A stretch of 32,000 bases of DNA from Candidatus Saccharimonadota bacterium (GTDB taxonomy: Bacteria; Pseudomonadota; Gammaproteobacteria; Enterobacterales; Enterobacteriaceae), in NCBI RefSeq assembly GCF_964059045.1, contig NZ_OZ060402.1, positions 420,001-452,000 of the forward strand, read 5' to 3'. Below the pieces are notes generated by a model. That model saw only the letters and a list, made by a program, of their open reading frames with translations. It had not been told where the DNA came from and ran no database searches. Positions 20,627 to 31,804 of this stretch are shown here, piece by piece; positions within the stretch are counted from its first letter, which is position 1; each line of letters begins with the position of its first letter. The position numbers and the translations under genes were made by a program.

Positions 20627-20845
20627 AATCATTTCAATTAAAACAAACAAAAATGTAAAAATGATAAAATATAAAAATATAGTTAAAATTTTATATATAT
20701 AAATTATATATATAATATCAATAATCAAAAATTTATTATAGAAATATATATATATTATATTAAATAATATCAATTTATAATTTTCTTAAATTAAATACAA
20801 ATATATATTATCATCTTAAAAATCAAGATTGAAAAAAATTTAAAA

Positions 20846-21472
20846 CTAATATTGTGTAATTAATTTTTTAATTAAATTTTTATGAATATGCTTTTGACGA
20901 TTTATATTTAACTGTTCAGCACGAATAATTAATTCTAAATGAGATACTGCTAAGTTAAATTCATCATTAATAATTAAATAATCATATTCTACATAATGTT
21001 GCATTTCTGAGACTGCTTTTCTCATTCGTTTAGAAATAACCTGATTCGTATCCTGACCTCTTGTTTGTAATCTTCTATATAATTCTAATTTTGATGGAGG
21101 CAATATAAAAATACTACGAGCAGTTAAAATTTTTTTGCGGATTTGTTGTGCTCCCTGCCAATCAATATCAAGAAATATATTTAAACCATTAGATAAATAA
21201 TGATTAATAATTGTTTTAGAAGTACCATAATAATGATTGAAAACTTTAGCATATTCTAAAAAATCTTGTTCTTGGATCATTTGTAAAAATTTTTTTTTAG
21301 AAATAAAATAATAATGTTTACCATGATATTCACCTGGTCTAATTTTTCTAGTCGTATGAGAAATAGAAACATGTACATCACATAATACTGTTTTTTTTAA
21401 AAATGCTTGAATCAAACTTGATTTTCCAGTACCACTAGGAGCAGAAACAATAAAAAGAATACCTGTATTCAT
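20846..21472 (-). CDS. gmk: Guanylate kinase
   Basis: 208 aa. [15 protein letters not shown]-loop, [21 protein letters not shown] and [11 protein letters not shown]. It ends in TAG. Confidence 0.96.
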   Translation of the reverse strand: MNTGILFIVSAPSGTGKSSLIQAFLKKTVLCDVHVSISHTTRKIRPGEYHGKHYYFISKKKFLQMIQEQDFLEYAKVFNHYYGTSKTIINHYLSNGLNIFLDIDWQGAQQIRKKILTARSIFILPPSKLELYRRLQTRGQDTNQVISKRMRKAVSEMQHYVEYDYLIINDEFNLAVSHLELIIRAEQLNINRQKHIHKNLIKKLITQY

Positions 21473-21644
21473 AATTAGAAAAAAATAATAAAAAAATAAA
21501 TTTTAAATTATAAAAAAAAAACAAACAAGTATTATTTTTATATATTAAATATTTTTAAAAAATATTTATTGAATGTAATGAAAATTAAATATTATATACA
21601 TAAATTATATTAAATAATTCATAAAATATTTATCATATATACTA

Positions 21645-22631
21645 TTAACTAATATTATAAAAAATTGATTTAAAAATAATAAGAGGGTATTTTATATCTT
21701 GATTTAAATAAAAAACAGTACTATTACTAATTTTTTTACTAAGAATAGCTTGTATCCAAATTGTATTTTTATCTATTTTCAATACTGATAAAACTATACC
21801 AATGTTATAAAAGTCATTGCTTTTTTTTACTGTTATTCTTGAACCAATTTCTGGAATAAAAATATTATATCCTATCAAAAAATACATTATTTTTTTATTT
21901 AAATTTAAAAAATGATTTTTAGCAATCATTTCTTGTCCAATATAACATCCTTTATTAAAATCAACACCTTTTAAAAAATCTAAATTAACTGATTGAGGCA
22001 TAAATTTTAATATCATTTTTTCATCTATAATAGGCAAACCAGAAGCCATATCTAGAGCTTGCCAAAAATCAATTTGACTATAACAAATGTTATTATAATT
22101 TTTTTTTTGAAAATCTCTAAACAAAGACAATGGCATTAATAATAAAAACCGTTCTATCGGTGTATTTATCCACAAAATATAAATATTATTTAATTGTACT
22201 ACTGGTGTAGTATAATCTGGTAATACTAAATAATAATCTCGTAAAATTTTTTTTATATTTAATCCTATCATACCTAACAAAATCATTTTTTTGTTTTGAA
22301 AAATATTTATATTAGAAAATATTGAATATTTTTTAAATTCTCTCAAGGATTGTTCAACTACACTTGTCCGTAAAATACAAACAACACTATTATTATTTAA
22401 CCAAAATAATCTTATTATACTTAAAATTTTACCTTTAATATTGCATTGTGCGGAAATTCGATGATGATTTTTATTCAAAGAAATTATATCAATTGTTAAT
22501 TGACCTTGTAAATATTTTTTAACATCAATTCCTGTCATAAAAATACACGTCCAATTTTTTATAATTTGCACATTATTTAATCCATTTTGAAGCGAGAGCA
22601 AAAAATTATTTTGTAATTTTATATTAATCAT
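21645..22631 (-). CDS. ygfZ: Folate-dependent tRNA-modification / Fe-S cluster repair protein YgfZ
   Basis: 328 aa. GIDVKKYLQGQLTIDI aligns with E. coli GADSEKYMQGQVTADV. The KGCYIGQEMIAK signature aligns with E. coli KGCYTGQEMVAR. Length matches E. coli (326 aa). Confidence 0.86.
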   Translation of the reverse strand: MINIKLQNNFLLSLQNGLNNVQIIKNWTCIFMTGIDVKKYLQGQLTIDIISLNKNHHRISAQCNIKGKILSIIRLFWLNNNSVVCILRTSVVEQSLREFKKYSIFSNINIFQNKKMILLGMIGLNIKKILRDYYLVLPDYTTPVVQLNNIYILWINTPIERFLLLMPLSLFRDFQKKNYNNICYSQIDFWQALDMASGLPIIDEKMILKFMPQSVNLDFLKGVDFNKGCYIGQEMIAKNHFLNLNKKIMYFLIGYNIFIPEIGSRITVKKSNDFYNIGIVLSVLKIDKNTIWIQAILSKKISNSTVFYLNQDIKYPLIIFKSIFYNIS

Positions 22632-22863
22632 AAATTAAACCTTATAAAAATTAAAATATTATTTTATATTCAGACCTAAAAAAATAAAGATATCATAATA
22701 AAAATTTGTTTAAAAAAAAAAATAATTGATATATATTTTGATTCAATAGTTTTTATAAAAAATATATTTTGCAATGTCATATATAATAAATGATACAGCA
22801 AAAATATATACAATAAATCTTTATTCTATAATTTTATTAAATCAAATAAAACAGAGAAATAAT

Positions 22864-23962
22864 ATGTCAATAATTAATTCAATCAAAAATAAAATTAATG
22901 AATTTAAAAAACATAAAAAAAAATTATGGAGGAATCTTTGAATACAACAAAAAACAAGAAAAACTAAAAGAAATTATAATAGAATTAAATGACTCAAAAA
23001 CATGGGAAAATAGTAATAGATTAAAAAATCTAAATCAAGAAAAAAACAATATAGAAAAAAATATTAATGATTTCAATAAAATCGATAATCTTATCCAAGA
23101 AATAGAATTTTTTTCAGAATTAATAGTAGACAATCAAGACAATCAAATAGAATCTGAAATATTATCAACAATAAGAAAAATAGAAGAAAAAATTAAATAT
23201 ATAGAATTTTATCATATCTTTTCTAATAAAAATGATCATCTCAACTGTTACTTAGATTTAAAATCTGGATCAGGTGGTATTGAAGCTCAAGACTGGACTA
23301 ATATATTACTCAGAATGTATTTAAGATGGACAGAAAAAATCGGTTTTAAAACAGAAATTACTAACTTATCAGAAGGAGAAAATACTGGTATTAAGTCAGC
23401 CACACTGCGTATTATAGGAAATTATGCATTTGGTTGGCTAAGAACTGAAAGTGGTATTCATAGACTAGTTAGAAAAAATCCTTTAAATACAGGAAGTCAA
23501 AGACACACCTCTTTTAGTTCTGTTTTTGTATATGCTGATATTAATGATGATATTAAAATAAACATTCATGAAAAAGATATCCGGATTGATGTTTATCGAG
23601 CTTCTGGAGCTGGAGGACAACATGTAAATAAAACTGAATCAGCTGTACGTATCACTCATTTACCCACAGGAATGACCACTCAATGTCAAAATCATCGTTC
23701 ACAACATAAAAACAAAGAACAAGCAATGAAACAAATACAAGCAAAATTATATAATTTGAAAATAAAACAAAAGAATATCGAAAAAAATACTATAGAAAAT
23801 AAAAAATCAGATATTGGATGGGGGAAACAAATTCGTTCTTATATATTAGACCAATCAAAAATTAAAGATTTAAGAACTGGAAAAGAACACCGAAATGTAC
23901 AAAACATATTAGACGGAGATTTGACATCACTAATATTATCTACTTTAACATCCGGGATATAA
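22864..23962 (+). CDS. prfB: Peptide chain release factor 2, expressed via programmed +1 frameshift: join(22864..22938, 22940..23962)
   Basis: Frame 0 reads ATG 22864 ... MSIINSIKNKINEFKKHKKKLWRNL, then CTT TGA at 22936-22941. The +1 frame continues EYNKKQEKLKEI..., which is track ORF 22898..23962. The joined product is 365 aa, as in E. coli RF2. GGQ (SGAGGQHVNKTESAVR) is present. Confidence 0.93.
22928..22941 (+). promoter_or_regulatory. prfB +1 frameshift cassette: internal SD-like GGAGG, 3-nt spacer, CTT slippery codon, in-frame TGA
   Basis: ggagg aat CTT TGA a has the same architecture and SD-to-CUU spacing as E. coli aggggg tat CUU UGA c. Confidence 0.88.
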
Positions 23963-23964
23963 TA

Positions 23965-25473
23965 ATGAATATAAAGTATGAAAACAATAATAAAAATGAA
24001 TACCATACTAGATTAAATAAATTAATTGAAATAAAAAAAAATGGATTTTTATTTCCAAATACATTTAAACCAAACTATTCTTATAAAGATATTTATTTAA
24101 AATATTCACATATGAATAAAGAAGAATTAAAAAAAATAAATATTACAGTTAAGATAGCAGGTCGAATAATACAACGTAGAATCATTGGTAAAGCTACTTT
24201 TATTAATTTATACAATGAAAACGAAATAATACAAATTTATATAAAATCAAATAATCTGTTAAATCCAGATAATTATTTTATATACATCCAAGAATGGGAT
24301 TTAGGTGATATATTAGGTATTACAGGAAAAATATTTAAAACCAATACTGGTCAATTATCAATTAATTGTATTAATATTGAATTGCTAACTAAATCACTTC
24401 GTTCATTACCAAATAAATTTCATGGTTTAATTGATCAAGAATTACGTTATAGATTACGTTATCTTGATTTAATTATGAATCAAAACGTAAAAAACATTTT
24501 TACAACTAGATCTAATATTATTAAAAATATTCGTAATTTTATGCATAATAATCATTTTATAGAAGTAGAAACACCAATTTTGCAAACTATACCAGGTGGA
24601 GCCAGTGCTCGTCCTTTTATTACTTTTCATAATACATTAAATAAAAATATGTATTTAAGAATTGCGCCAGAATTATATCTAAAACGTCTAATTGTTGGAG
24701 GATTTCAAAAAATATTTGAAATTAACAAAAATTTTCGCAACGAAGGAATGTCTACAAAACATAATCCAGAATTTACTATGATGGAAGTTTATATCGCTTA
24801 TGCTGATTATAAAGATATGATGAAATTGATTCAAAATTTACTGAAAAAAATTAATCATGAAATTAATCAAAATCATATTACAAAATACAAAAACCATATA
24901 TTTGATTTTTCTAAAAATTATGAAGAATTAACTATGAAAGAATCAATTATAAAATATGTGCCAAACATCAAAAAAGAAGATTTATATGATATTAATAAAA
25001 TAACAAAAATTATGAACAAACTAAAAATAAAATATGATATAAATTGGAAAATTGGCAAATTAATAAACGAAATTTTTGAAAAATATGTAGAAAAAAATCT
25101 TATCCAACCTACATTTATTACCGAATACCCAATAGAAGTTTCGCCATTATCTAGAAGAAATAATTTAGATAAAAATATAGCAGATCGATTTGAGTTTTTT
25201 ATAGGAGGATATGAAATAGCCAATGGTTTTTCTGAACTTAATGATTCCGAAGATCAAAAAATTCGTTTTAATAAACAATTAATAAAACAACAAGCCGGTG
25301 ACCAAGAAGCTATGTTTTATGATAAAGAATATATCACAGCATTAGAACACGGTCTTCCTCCAACAGCAGGATTAGGTATTGGTATTGATCGTTTGATTAT
25401 GATCTTAACTAATCAAAATAGTATTCGAGATGTCATTTTATTTCCAACTATGAAAACTAACCAACAAAAATAA
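23965..25473 (+). CDS. lysS: Lysyl-tRNA synthetase (class II)
   Basis: 502 aa. It contains class II motifs (FRNEGMSTKHNPEFTMMEVY; GLPPTAGLGIGIDRLIMILT). It starts 2 nt after the prfB stop, the same prfB-lysS adjacency as in E. coli. Confidence 0.96.
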   Translation: MNIKYENNNKNEYHTRLNKLIEIKKNGFLFPNTFKPNYSYKDIYLKYSHMNKEELKKINITVKIAGRIIQRRIIGKATFINLYNENEIIQIYIKSNNLLNPDNYFIYIQEWDLGDILGITGKIFKTNTGQLSINCINIELLTKSLRSLPNKFHGLIDQELRYRLRYLDLIMNQNVKNIFTTRSNIIKNIRNFMHNNHFIEVETPILQTIPGGASARPFITFHNTLNKNMYLRIAPELYLKRLIVGGFQKIFEINKNFRNEGMSTKHNPEFTMMEVYIAYADYKDMMKLIQNLLKKINHEINQNHITKYKNHIFDFSKNYEELTMKESIIKYVPNIKKEDLYDINKITKIMNKLKIKYDINWKIGKLINEIFEKYVEKNLIQPTFITEYPIEVSPLSRRNNLDKNIADRFEFFIGGYEIANGFSELNDSEDQKIRFNKQLIKQQAGDQEAMFYDKEYITALEHGLPPTAGLGIGIDRLIMILTNQNSIRDVILFPTMKTNQQK

Positions 25474-25613
25474 AATATTATTTTAAAAAATAATATTTTA
25501 TTGAAAAAAATATATTATATTAAAGATAAACATTTTATGAATTATAAAAATAAGTAATTTAAAAATAAATTACAATTTTTTAATATATATTCAATCATAA
25601 CAAAGAGATCTAT

Positions 25614-26852
25614 ATGACTAAATTAAAAAATTTTAGAAATAATTTTAACACTAATACTATAATTCAAATGATTAAAAAATATGGTACACCTATATGGATA
25701 TATAATGAAAATATTATTCAAAAAAAAATTTTTGAATTAAAATCTTTTGATAAAATTAGATTTGCTCAAAAATCATGTTCAAATATTAATATACTCAAAA
25801 TAATGAAAAAAGCTGGTATTTTTATTGATGCAGTATCACAAGGAGAAATAGAAAGAGCATTAATAGCAGGATTTCAACCAAAAGAAATCATTTTTACTGC
25901 TGATATATTTGATAGCAACACATTATTAAGAATTATTCATTTAAACATTACAGTTAATATTGGTTCAATTGATATGCTTGAACAATTAGGTTCATTATCT
26001 CCTAATCATTCTATATGGTTAAGAATTAATCCTAAATTTGGAGATGGTCATCATAATAAAACAAATACTGGAGGAGAAAATAGTAAACACGGAATTTGGA
26101 ATATTAATCAAGCTATTAAAACAATTAAAAAATATAATTTTAAAATTATTGGTATACATATACATATTGGATCAGGTATTAATGGTAAAAATATAAAAAA
26201 AACATGTCAAGCTATGATAGATACAATATATAATTTGCCATATGATATAAAATGGATATCAACAGGAGGTGGTCTACCTATACCTTATAAAACAGAAGAT
26301 AAAACTATAGATATTCAAAATTATTTCAATTTATGGGATTCTACTAGAAAAAAAATTCAAAAATATTTAGGACATGAAGTATTGATAGAACATGAGCCAG
26401 GAAGATTTTTAGTAGCTGAATCTGGAATTTTGATATCTGAAGTTAGAGCTATTAAATATATGGGCCTAAAACATTATACATTAATTAATGCCGGTTTTAA
26501 CGATTTAGTCCGACCTACAATGTATGGTAGTTACCACTATATATCCATCATTGATAAAAATACAAAAAAAATTAAATTTAGTGACCCAATAGAAACAATC
26601 ATAGGAGGTCCATTATGTGAATCAGGGGATATTTTTACACAAAATAATAATATTCCAATAACTCGATTATTACCTAAACCATCAGTTGGAGACTATTTAA
26701 TTTTTCACGATACAGGTGCTTATGGTGCTTCTATGTCTTCAAATTATAATAGTCGACCATTAATACCTGAAATTTTATTCAAAAAAAATTCTATTAAATT
26801 AATTAGAAGAAAACAAACTTTTAAAGAAATGTTTCAATTAGAATTAAATTAA
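25614..26852 (+). CDS. lysA: Diaminopimelate decarboxylase
   Basis: 412 aa. RFAQKSCSNINILKIM (PLP lysine region), TNTGGENSKHGIW, EPGRFLVAESG, GPLCESGDIF and HDTGAYGASMSSNYNSRPL are collinear with E. coli LysA. Confidence 0.94.
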   Translation: MTKLKNFRNNFNTNTIIQMIKKYGTPIWIYNENIIQKKIFELKSFDKIRFAQKSCSNINILKIMKKAGIFIDAVSQGEIERALIAGFQPKEIIFTADIFDSNTLLRIIHLNITVNIGSIDMLEQLGSLSPNHSIWLRINPKFGDGHHNKTNTGGENSKHGIWNINQAIKTIKKYNFKIIGIHIHIGSGINGKNIKKTCQAMIDTIYNLPYDIKWISTGGGLPIPYKTEDKTIDIQNYFNLWDSTRKKIQKYLGHEVLIEHEPGRFLVAESGILISEVRAIKYMGLKHYTLINAGFNDLVRPTMYGSYHYISIIDKNTKKIKFSDPIETIIGGPLCESGDIFTQNNNIPITRLLPKPSVGDYLIFHDTGAYGASMSSNYNSRPLIPEILFKKNSIKLIRRKQTFKEMFQLELN

Positions 26853-27007
26853 ATAAAATATATAATTTTTATTAAAAATAATATCAATAAAAATAAAACT
26901 AAATAATTAATAATTATTTAAAAAATTTTAAAAAAAATTATATTAATTAATATTCAATTAATGAAATTGATTAAAAAATAATTAATAACACATCAATATG
27001 GAGAAAA

Positions 27008-27865
27008 ATGCATAAATATTTTATATTATTTCCTAATTTTAATCCAATTATTTTTTCATTTGGAATGTTCTCATTTCATTGGTATGGATTAATGTATTTT
27101 TTAGGATTAATTTTTGCTATATGGTCTGGTAAAAAATTTGCTAAAAAGAATAAAAAATATTGGCTAGAAAAAGAAACTGTAAATATATTATATATATGTT
27201 TTATTGGTATGATCATAGGAGGAAGATTAGGATATATATTTCTCTATGACTTCTTTTATTATTCAAATAATTTATTAGAATGTTTAAAAATTTGGAAAGG
27301 CGGAATGTCTTTTCATGGTGGATTAATAGGAATTGTTATAACAATATTTTTATTTTCAAAAAAAAATAAAAAAAACTTTTTAGAAATGTTGGATTTTATT
27401 ACACCATTAGCACCATTTGGATTGGGAATCGGTAGAATCGGTAATCTTATAAATGGTGAATTATGGGGTAAAATTAATGTTAACAGCCCTATTTACATTT
27501 TTTTTCCTGCTTCAAAAAAAATAGACTTAAAAATTCTACAAACACGACCAGAACTGCAATCAATATTTGATCAATTTGGTAATCTACCAAGATATCCTTC
27601 ACAAATTTACGAATTTTTTTTTGAAGGAATCATATTATTTATTTTACTTAATTATTTTAAAAATAAAAAAAAACCTGTTGGTAATATATCAGGAATTTTT
27701 TTAATTTATTATGGAATTATTCGTTTTGTTCTTGAATTTTTTAGAGAACCGGACATACAATTAGGTTTATTTTATAATTATATTAGTATGGGTCAAATAT
27801 TATCTATTCCAATGTTAATTATTGGAATTATTACTCTAATGTATTCTAAAAAAATGTCAAAATAA
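27008..27865 (+). CDS. lgt: Prolipoprotein diacylglyceryl transferase
   Basis: 285 aa. FPNFNPIIFSFG..FHWYGLMYFLG, GRIGNLINGELWG and YPSQIYEFFFEG are collinear with E. coli Lgt. Confidence 0.94.
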   Translation: MHKYFILFPNFNPIIFSFGMFSFHWYGLMYFLGLIFAIWSGKKFAKKNKKYWLEKETVNILYICFIGMIIGGRLGYIFLYDFFYYSNNLLECLKIWKGGMSFHGGLIGIVITIFLFSKKNKKNFLEMLDFITPLAPFGLGIGRIGNLINGELWGKINVNSPIYIFFPASKKIDLKILQTRPELQSIFDQFGNLPRYPSQIYEFFFEGIILFILLNYFKNKKKPVGNISGIFLIYYGIIRFVLEFFREPDIQLGLFYNYISMGQILSIPMLIIGIITLMYSKKMSK

Positions 27866-27877
27866 TTTTGAGGAATT

Positions 27878-28672
27878 ATGAAAAAATATTTAACCTTATT
27901 AAAAAAAATTATTAAAAATGGAAAATATAAAAAAGATCGTACTAAAACTAGTACTTTTTCTATTTTTGGATATAACTTACGTTTTAATTTAAATGATGGA
28001 TTTCCTTTACTGACAACTAAAAAATGCCATATACCATCCATTATTCATGAATTATTATGGTTCCTTAAAGGAGATACCAATATAAAATATTTAAATGATC
28101 ATAATATTTCAATTTGGAATCCTTGGGCAAATCAATTAGGAGAATTAGGTCCTATTTATGGACAACAATGGAGAAAATGGAGAAGCAATGATGGACAAAC
28201 AATTGATCAAATCAAATTAGCTATTGAAACAATAAAAAAACAACCATATTCAAGAAGAATTATTATTTCTAGCTGGAATGTTGGTGAAATTAAAAATATG
28301 GCATTACCTCCATGTCATGTATTATTTCAATTTTACGTTATAGATCAAACTTTAAGTTGTCAAGTATATCAAAGATCTTGCGATATTTTTCTTGGTTTAC
28401 CATTTAATATAGCTAGTTATTCGTTACTCATTCATATGATGGCTCAACAATGTTGTCTGAAAGTGGGAGAGTTTTTATGGACAGGAGGAGATATACATTT
28501 ATACAAAAATCATTTAATACCAGCAAAAATACAACTACAACGAAAACCAAAACAATTACCTACATTAATTTTAAACAATTGCCCTAATTCATTATTTGAA
28601 TATGAAGAAAAAAATTTTAAAATTATTAATTATTATCCTTATCCAAGCATAAAAGCAACAATATCTATTTAA
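27878..28672 (+). CDS. thyA: Thymidylate synthase
   Basis: 264 aa. [24 protein letters not shown], catalytic LPPCH and [21 protein letters not shown] at 27869-27873. The lgt-thyA adjacency is as in E. coli. Confidence 0.96.
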   Translation: MKKYLTLLKKIIKNGKYKKDRTKTSTFSIFGYNLRFNLNDGFPLLTTKKCHIPSIIHELLWFLKGDTNIKYLNDHNISIWNPWANQLGELGPIYGQQWRKWRSNDGQTIDQIKLAIETIKKQPYSRRIIISSWNVGEIKNMALPPCHVLFQFYVIDQTLSCQVYQRSCDIFLGLPFNIASYSLLIHMMAQQCCLKVGEFLWTGGDIHLYKNHLIPAKIQLQRKPKQLPTLILNNCPNSLFEYEEKNFKIINYYPYPSIKATISI

Positions 28673-28760
28673 AATAATTGCAGAAATTCTATATATATTT
28701 TAATTAATAAAAATATTAATAATTAATTATTAATCTGTTAAATATAGTGAGTATATTACT

Positions 28761-30089
28761 ATGAATCAAAAATTATTTATAAAAACATGGGGGTGTCAAA
28801 TGAACGAATATGACTCCTTAATGATAATTAACCAACTAAAAACCAAACAATATATTATTACTGATAATCCAAAAGAAGCAGATATACTAATTTTAAATAC
28901 ATGTTCTATTCGAGAAAAAGCACAAGAAAAACTTTTTCATCAATTAGGAAGATGGAAAAAATTAAAAAATAAAAATAAAAATTTAATTATTGCTGTTGGA
29001 GGATGTGTTGCAACACAAGAAGGTAAAGATATTTACAAACGTGCAAATTATATTAATATAATTTTTGGAACACAAACAGTACATAAATTACCAGAAATGA
29101 TAGATCATGCAAAAAAAACAAAAAAACTAATTATTGATATTTCTTTTAATGATCATAAAAAATTTAATATTGATTATATTCCGATACAAAAAAAACCTAC
29201 AGCATTCATTTCTATTATGGAAGGATGTAACAAATATTGTTCATTTTGTATAGTTCCATATACGCGAGGACACGAGATTAGTCGTTCATTAGATGAAATT
29301 GTATATGAAATTTCATATTTATCAGATCAAGGAATTAAAGAAGTGAATTTACTTGGTCAAAATGTTAATTCTTATCTAGGAAAAGGATTTAATGGGAAAA
29401 TATACAAATTTTCAGAATTGCTTCAAATAATTTCAGAAATAGATGGTATAGATCGTATTAGATTTACTACTAGTAATCCATTTGATTTTACAGATGATAT
29501 TATTTATGCATATACTCAAATACCTAAAATAGTTAGTTTTTTACATTTACCGGTTCAAAGCGGATCAGATAGAATCTTAAAACTTATGAAAAGATTACAT
29601 ACAATACAAGAATATAAAAAAATTATAAATAAATTAACTTTAGCTAGAAAAAATATTCAAATCAGTTCTGATTTTATTGTAGGTTTTCCTGGAGAAACTC
29701 AAAAAGATTTTGAAGATACTATGAAATTAATTGAAGATATTAATTTTGATATGAGTTTTAGTTTTATATATTCTAAAAGACCAGGAACACCAGCTTCTAA
29801 TTTAATAGATAATACTAATTTGCAAGAAAAAAAAGAACGATTATATATTTTACAAAAAAAAATTAATGAACAAACATTAAATTGGAGTCAAAAAATGCTA
29901 GGAACAACACAAAAAGTATTAGTCGAGCAAATCTCGAAAAAAAATTGTTCAGAAGTATATGGAAAAACTGAAAACAATAGAATAGTTACTTTTAAAGGTT
30001 CTAAAAATTTAATAGGAAAAATTATTAATGTTAAAATTATAAAAATTCATTCTTATTCTCTCAAAGGTCAAATGATAACCTCGCAATAA
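28761..30089 (+). CDS. miaB: tRNA-i6A37 methylthiotransferase (radical SAM)
   Basis: 442 aa. [34 protein letters not shown], radical-SAM [15 protein letters not shown] and the TRAM-domain end. It lacks the C-terminal tail of about 30 aa found in E. coli MiaB. Confidence 0.95.
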   Translation: MNQKLFIKTWGCQMNEYDSLMIINQLKTKQYIITDNPKEADILILNTCSIREKAQEKLFHQLGRWKKLKNKNKNLIIAVGGCVATQEGKDIYKRANYINIIFGTQTVHKLPEMIDHAKKTKKLIIDISFNDHKKFNIDYIPIQKKPTAFISIMEGCNKYCSFCIVPYTRGHEISRSLDEIVYEISYLSDQGIKEVNLLGQNVNSYLGKGFNGKIYKFSELLQIISEIDGIDRIRFTTSNPFDFTDDIIYAYTQIPKIVSFLHLPVQSGSDRILKLMKRLHTIQEYKKIINKLTLARKNIQISSDFIVGFPGETQKDFEDTMKLIEDINFDMSFSFIYSKRPGTPASNLIDNTNLQEKKERLYILQKKINEQTLNWSQKMLGTTQKVLVEQISKKNCSEVYGKTENNRIVTFKGSKNLIGKIINVKIIKIHSYSLKGQMITSQ

Positions 30090-30392
30090 AAATTTATTAT
30101 CTGAATAATGATATTTTAATGTTTTATATGTTTTTAGCATCACAAATAAAAAAATTAAATATTTAAAATTAATATTATTAATTTTATAATATATAAATAT
30201 CAAAAATAAATTATTAAACATTTTTAAAACAAAATATTAATTGTTTTAAAAATACAATTATTATACTAATTAATAAAAATATAAACTATAATATTAATGA
30301 TTAATATTAATTAATAGATAAAAATTTTAAAATATGATAAACAATAATATAATTATATGAACAAAAAATAAAAATCATGATTTTTTAAAATT

Positions 30393-30857
30393 ATGAATAT
30401 ATTACAATTAAATTTACAAATTATATCTTGTGATAATAGTTATATACCAAAAAAAAAATATTTTAAAAAATGGTTAATAATAGTTTTAAAAAACCAATCA
30501 ATACATGCAAAAATTACAATTAGAATTGTTAATGAATTAGAAATAAAAAAATTAAATAAACAATATAGAAAACAAAATAAAATTACAAATATACTATCTT
30601 TTGCTTATTTTATACCGTATAAAAAAAATCAATGTTTGATTGGAGATTTAGTTATCTGTAGTAAAAAAATTCAAGAAGAATCAATCAAACAAAAAAAATC
30701 ATTTAAATCTCACTGGGCTCATATTATCATACATGGAATTTTACATTTACTCGGTTATAATCATATTAAAAAACTTGATCGTGTTTATATGGAATTAATC
30801 GAAATAAATTATTTATATCATTTTGGATTTAAAAATCCATATATATCAAAAAAATAA
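30393..30857 (+). CDS. ybeY: Endoribonuclease YbeY (16S rRNA 3' maturation)
   Basis: 154 aa. The zinc motif HWAHIIIHGILHLLGYNH aligns with E. coli HWAHMVVHGSLHLLGYDH, and NILSFAY aligns with NVLSFPF. Confidence 0.9.
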   Translation: MNILQLNLQIISCDNSYIPKKKYFKKWLIIVLKNQSIHAKITIRIVNELEIKKLNKQYRKQNKITNILSFAYFIPYKKNQCLIGDLVICSKKIQEESIKQKKSFKSHWAHIIIHGILHLLGYNHIKKLDRVYMELIEINYLYHFGFKNPYISKK

Positions 30858-30934
30858 TTTTTTAAAATTATTCTATATCAAATTTATAAAAAAAATTTCA
30901 AAATTAACTATTATGAGAAAAATAATTAAAAAAA

Positions 30935-31804
30935 ATGAGCAACGACTATTCAGAACAGAAAAAAAAAATAAACAAAAAAAGTTTTTTTTCCAATTTACTT
31001 AATCAACTCAGAACAGAAGAACCAAAAAATAAAGAAGAACTCCTTTTAATGATTAGAAAACTAGAAAAAAATTCAATTATTGATCACGATACTAGCGATA
31101 TGTTAGAAGGAGCAATAGATATTACTAAAAAAAAAGTTAAAGATATCATGATTCCAAGAACACAAATGATAACTTTAAAAATAAATTATGACTTTAATAC
31201 TTGTATTAATATTATTATTCAATCTGCTCATTCCAGATATCCCGTGATGAGCATTGATAATAATTATGTAGAAGGATTATTAATAGCCAAAGATTTATTA
31301 CCATTTATGAAAAAAAAACTAGATAATTTTTGCATTAAAAAAATAATGCGAACATCAATTATTGTACCTGAAAGTAAGAATGTAAATCGCATGTTAAAAG
31401 AATTTAGATCAAAACACTACCATATGGCTTTAGTTATTGACGAATTTGGAGCAGTTTCAGGATTAGTAACAATTGAAGATATATTAGAATTAATAGTGGG
31501 AAATATTGAAGATGAATATGATACAAATTCAGTGCTCCAAGTTCATCAAATCAATCAGAATTCTTTTGCAATTCCAGCATTAACTGAAATTAAAGAATTT
31601 AATGAAATGTTTAAAACTAATTTAAATGATAAAGAGGTAGATACTATTGGTGGTTTAGTTATGACTAAATTAGGATATTTACCTATAAAAGGAGAATCTA
31701 TTAATATTAAAGGATATATATTTAAAATATCAATTGCTGATAGTAGAAAAATTATACAAATTCATGTTACTATTCCTAAAAATAAAATAAAAAAAATAGA
31801 GTAA
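30935..31804 (+). CDS. corC: CBS-pair / CorC_HlyC-domain magnesium-cobalt efflux protein CorC (YbeX)
   Basis: 289 aa. MLEGAIDITKKKVKDIMIPRTQMITL, HSRYPV, RMLKEFRSKHYHMALVIDEFGAVSGLVTIEDILELIVG and DTIGGLVM are collinear with E. coli CorC. Confidence 0.92.
   Translation: MSNDYSEQKKKINKKSFFSNLLNQLRTEEPKNKEELLLMIRKLEKNSIIDHDTSDMLEGAIDITKKKVKDIMIPRTQMITLKINYDFNTCINIIIQSAHSRYPVMSIDNNYVEGLLIAKDLLPFMKKKLDNFCIKKIMRTSIIVPESKNVNRMLKEFRSKHYHMALVIDEFGAVSGLVTIEDILELIVGNIEDEYDTNSVLQVHQINQNSFAIPALTEIKEFNEMFKTNLNDKEVDTIGGLVMTKLGYLPIKGESINIKGYIFKISIADSRKIIQIHVTIPKNKIKKIE

Noticed and set aside
20690-20770. (TA)n-like runs in spacers, also around 1730-1760, considered as microsatellites or repeat arrays.
   Set aside because: They are short, imperfect and not periodic beyond dinucleotide low complexity. 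There is no spacer-repeat architecture.
25471-25500. A/T-only near-palindrome (taaaatatta tttt aaaaaa taatatttta) overlapping the lysS stop, considered as a terminator.
   Set aside because: The stem is entirely A-U pairs with a minimal loop and no downstream U-tract. Its stability is doubtful, and such palindromes are expected by chance at this composition.
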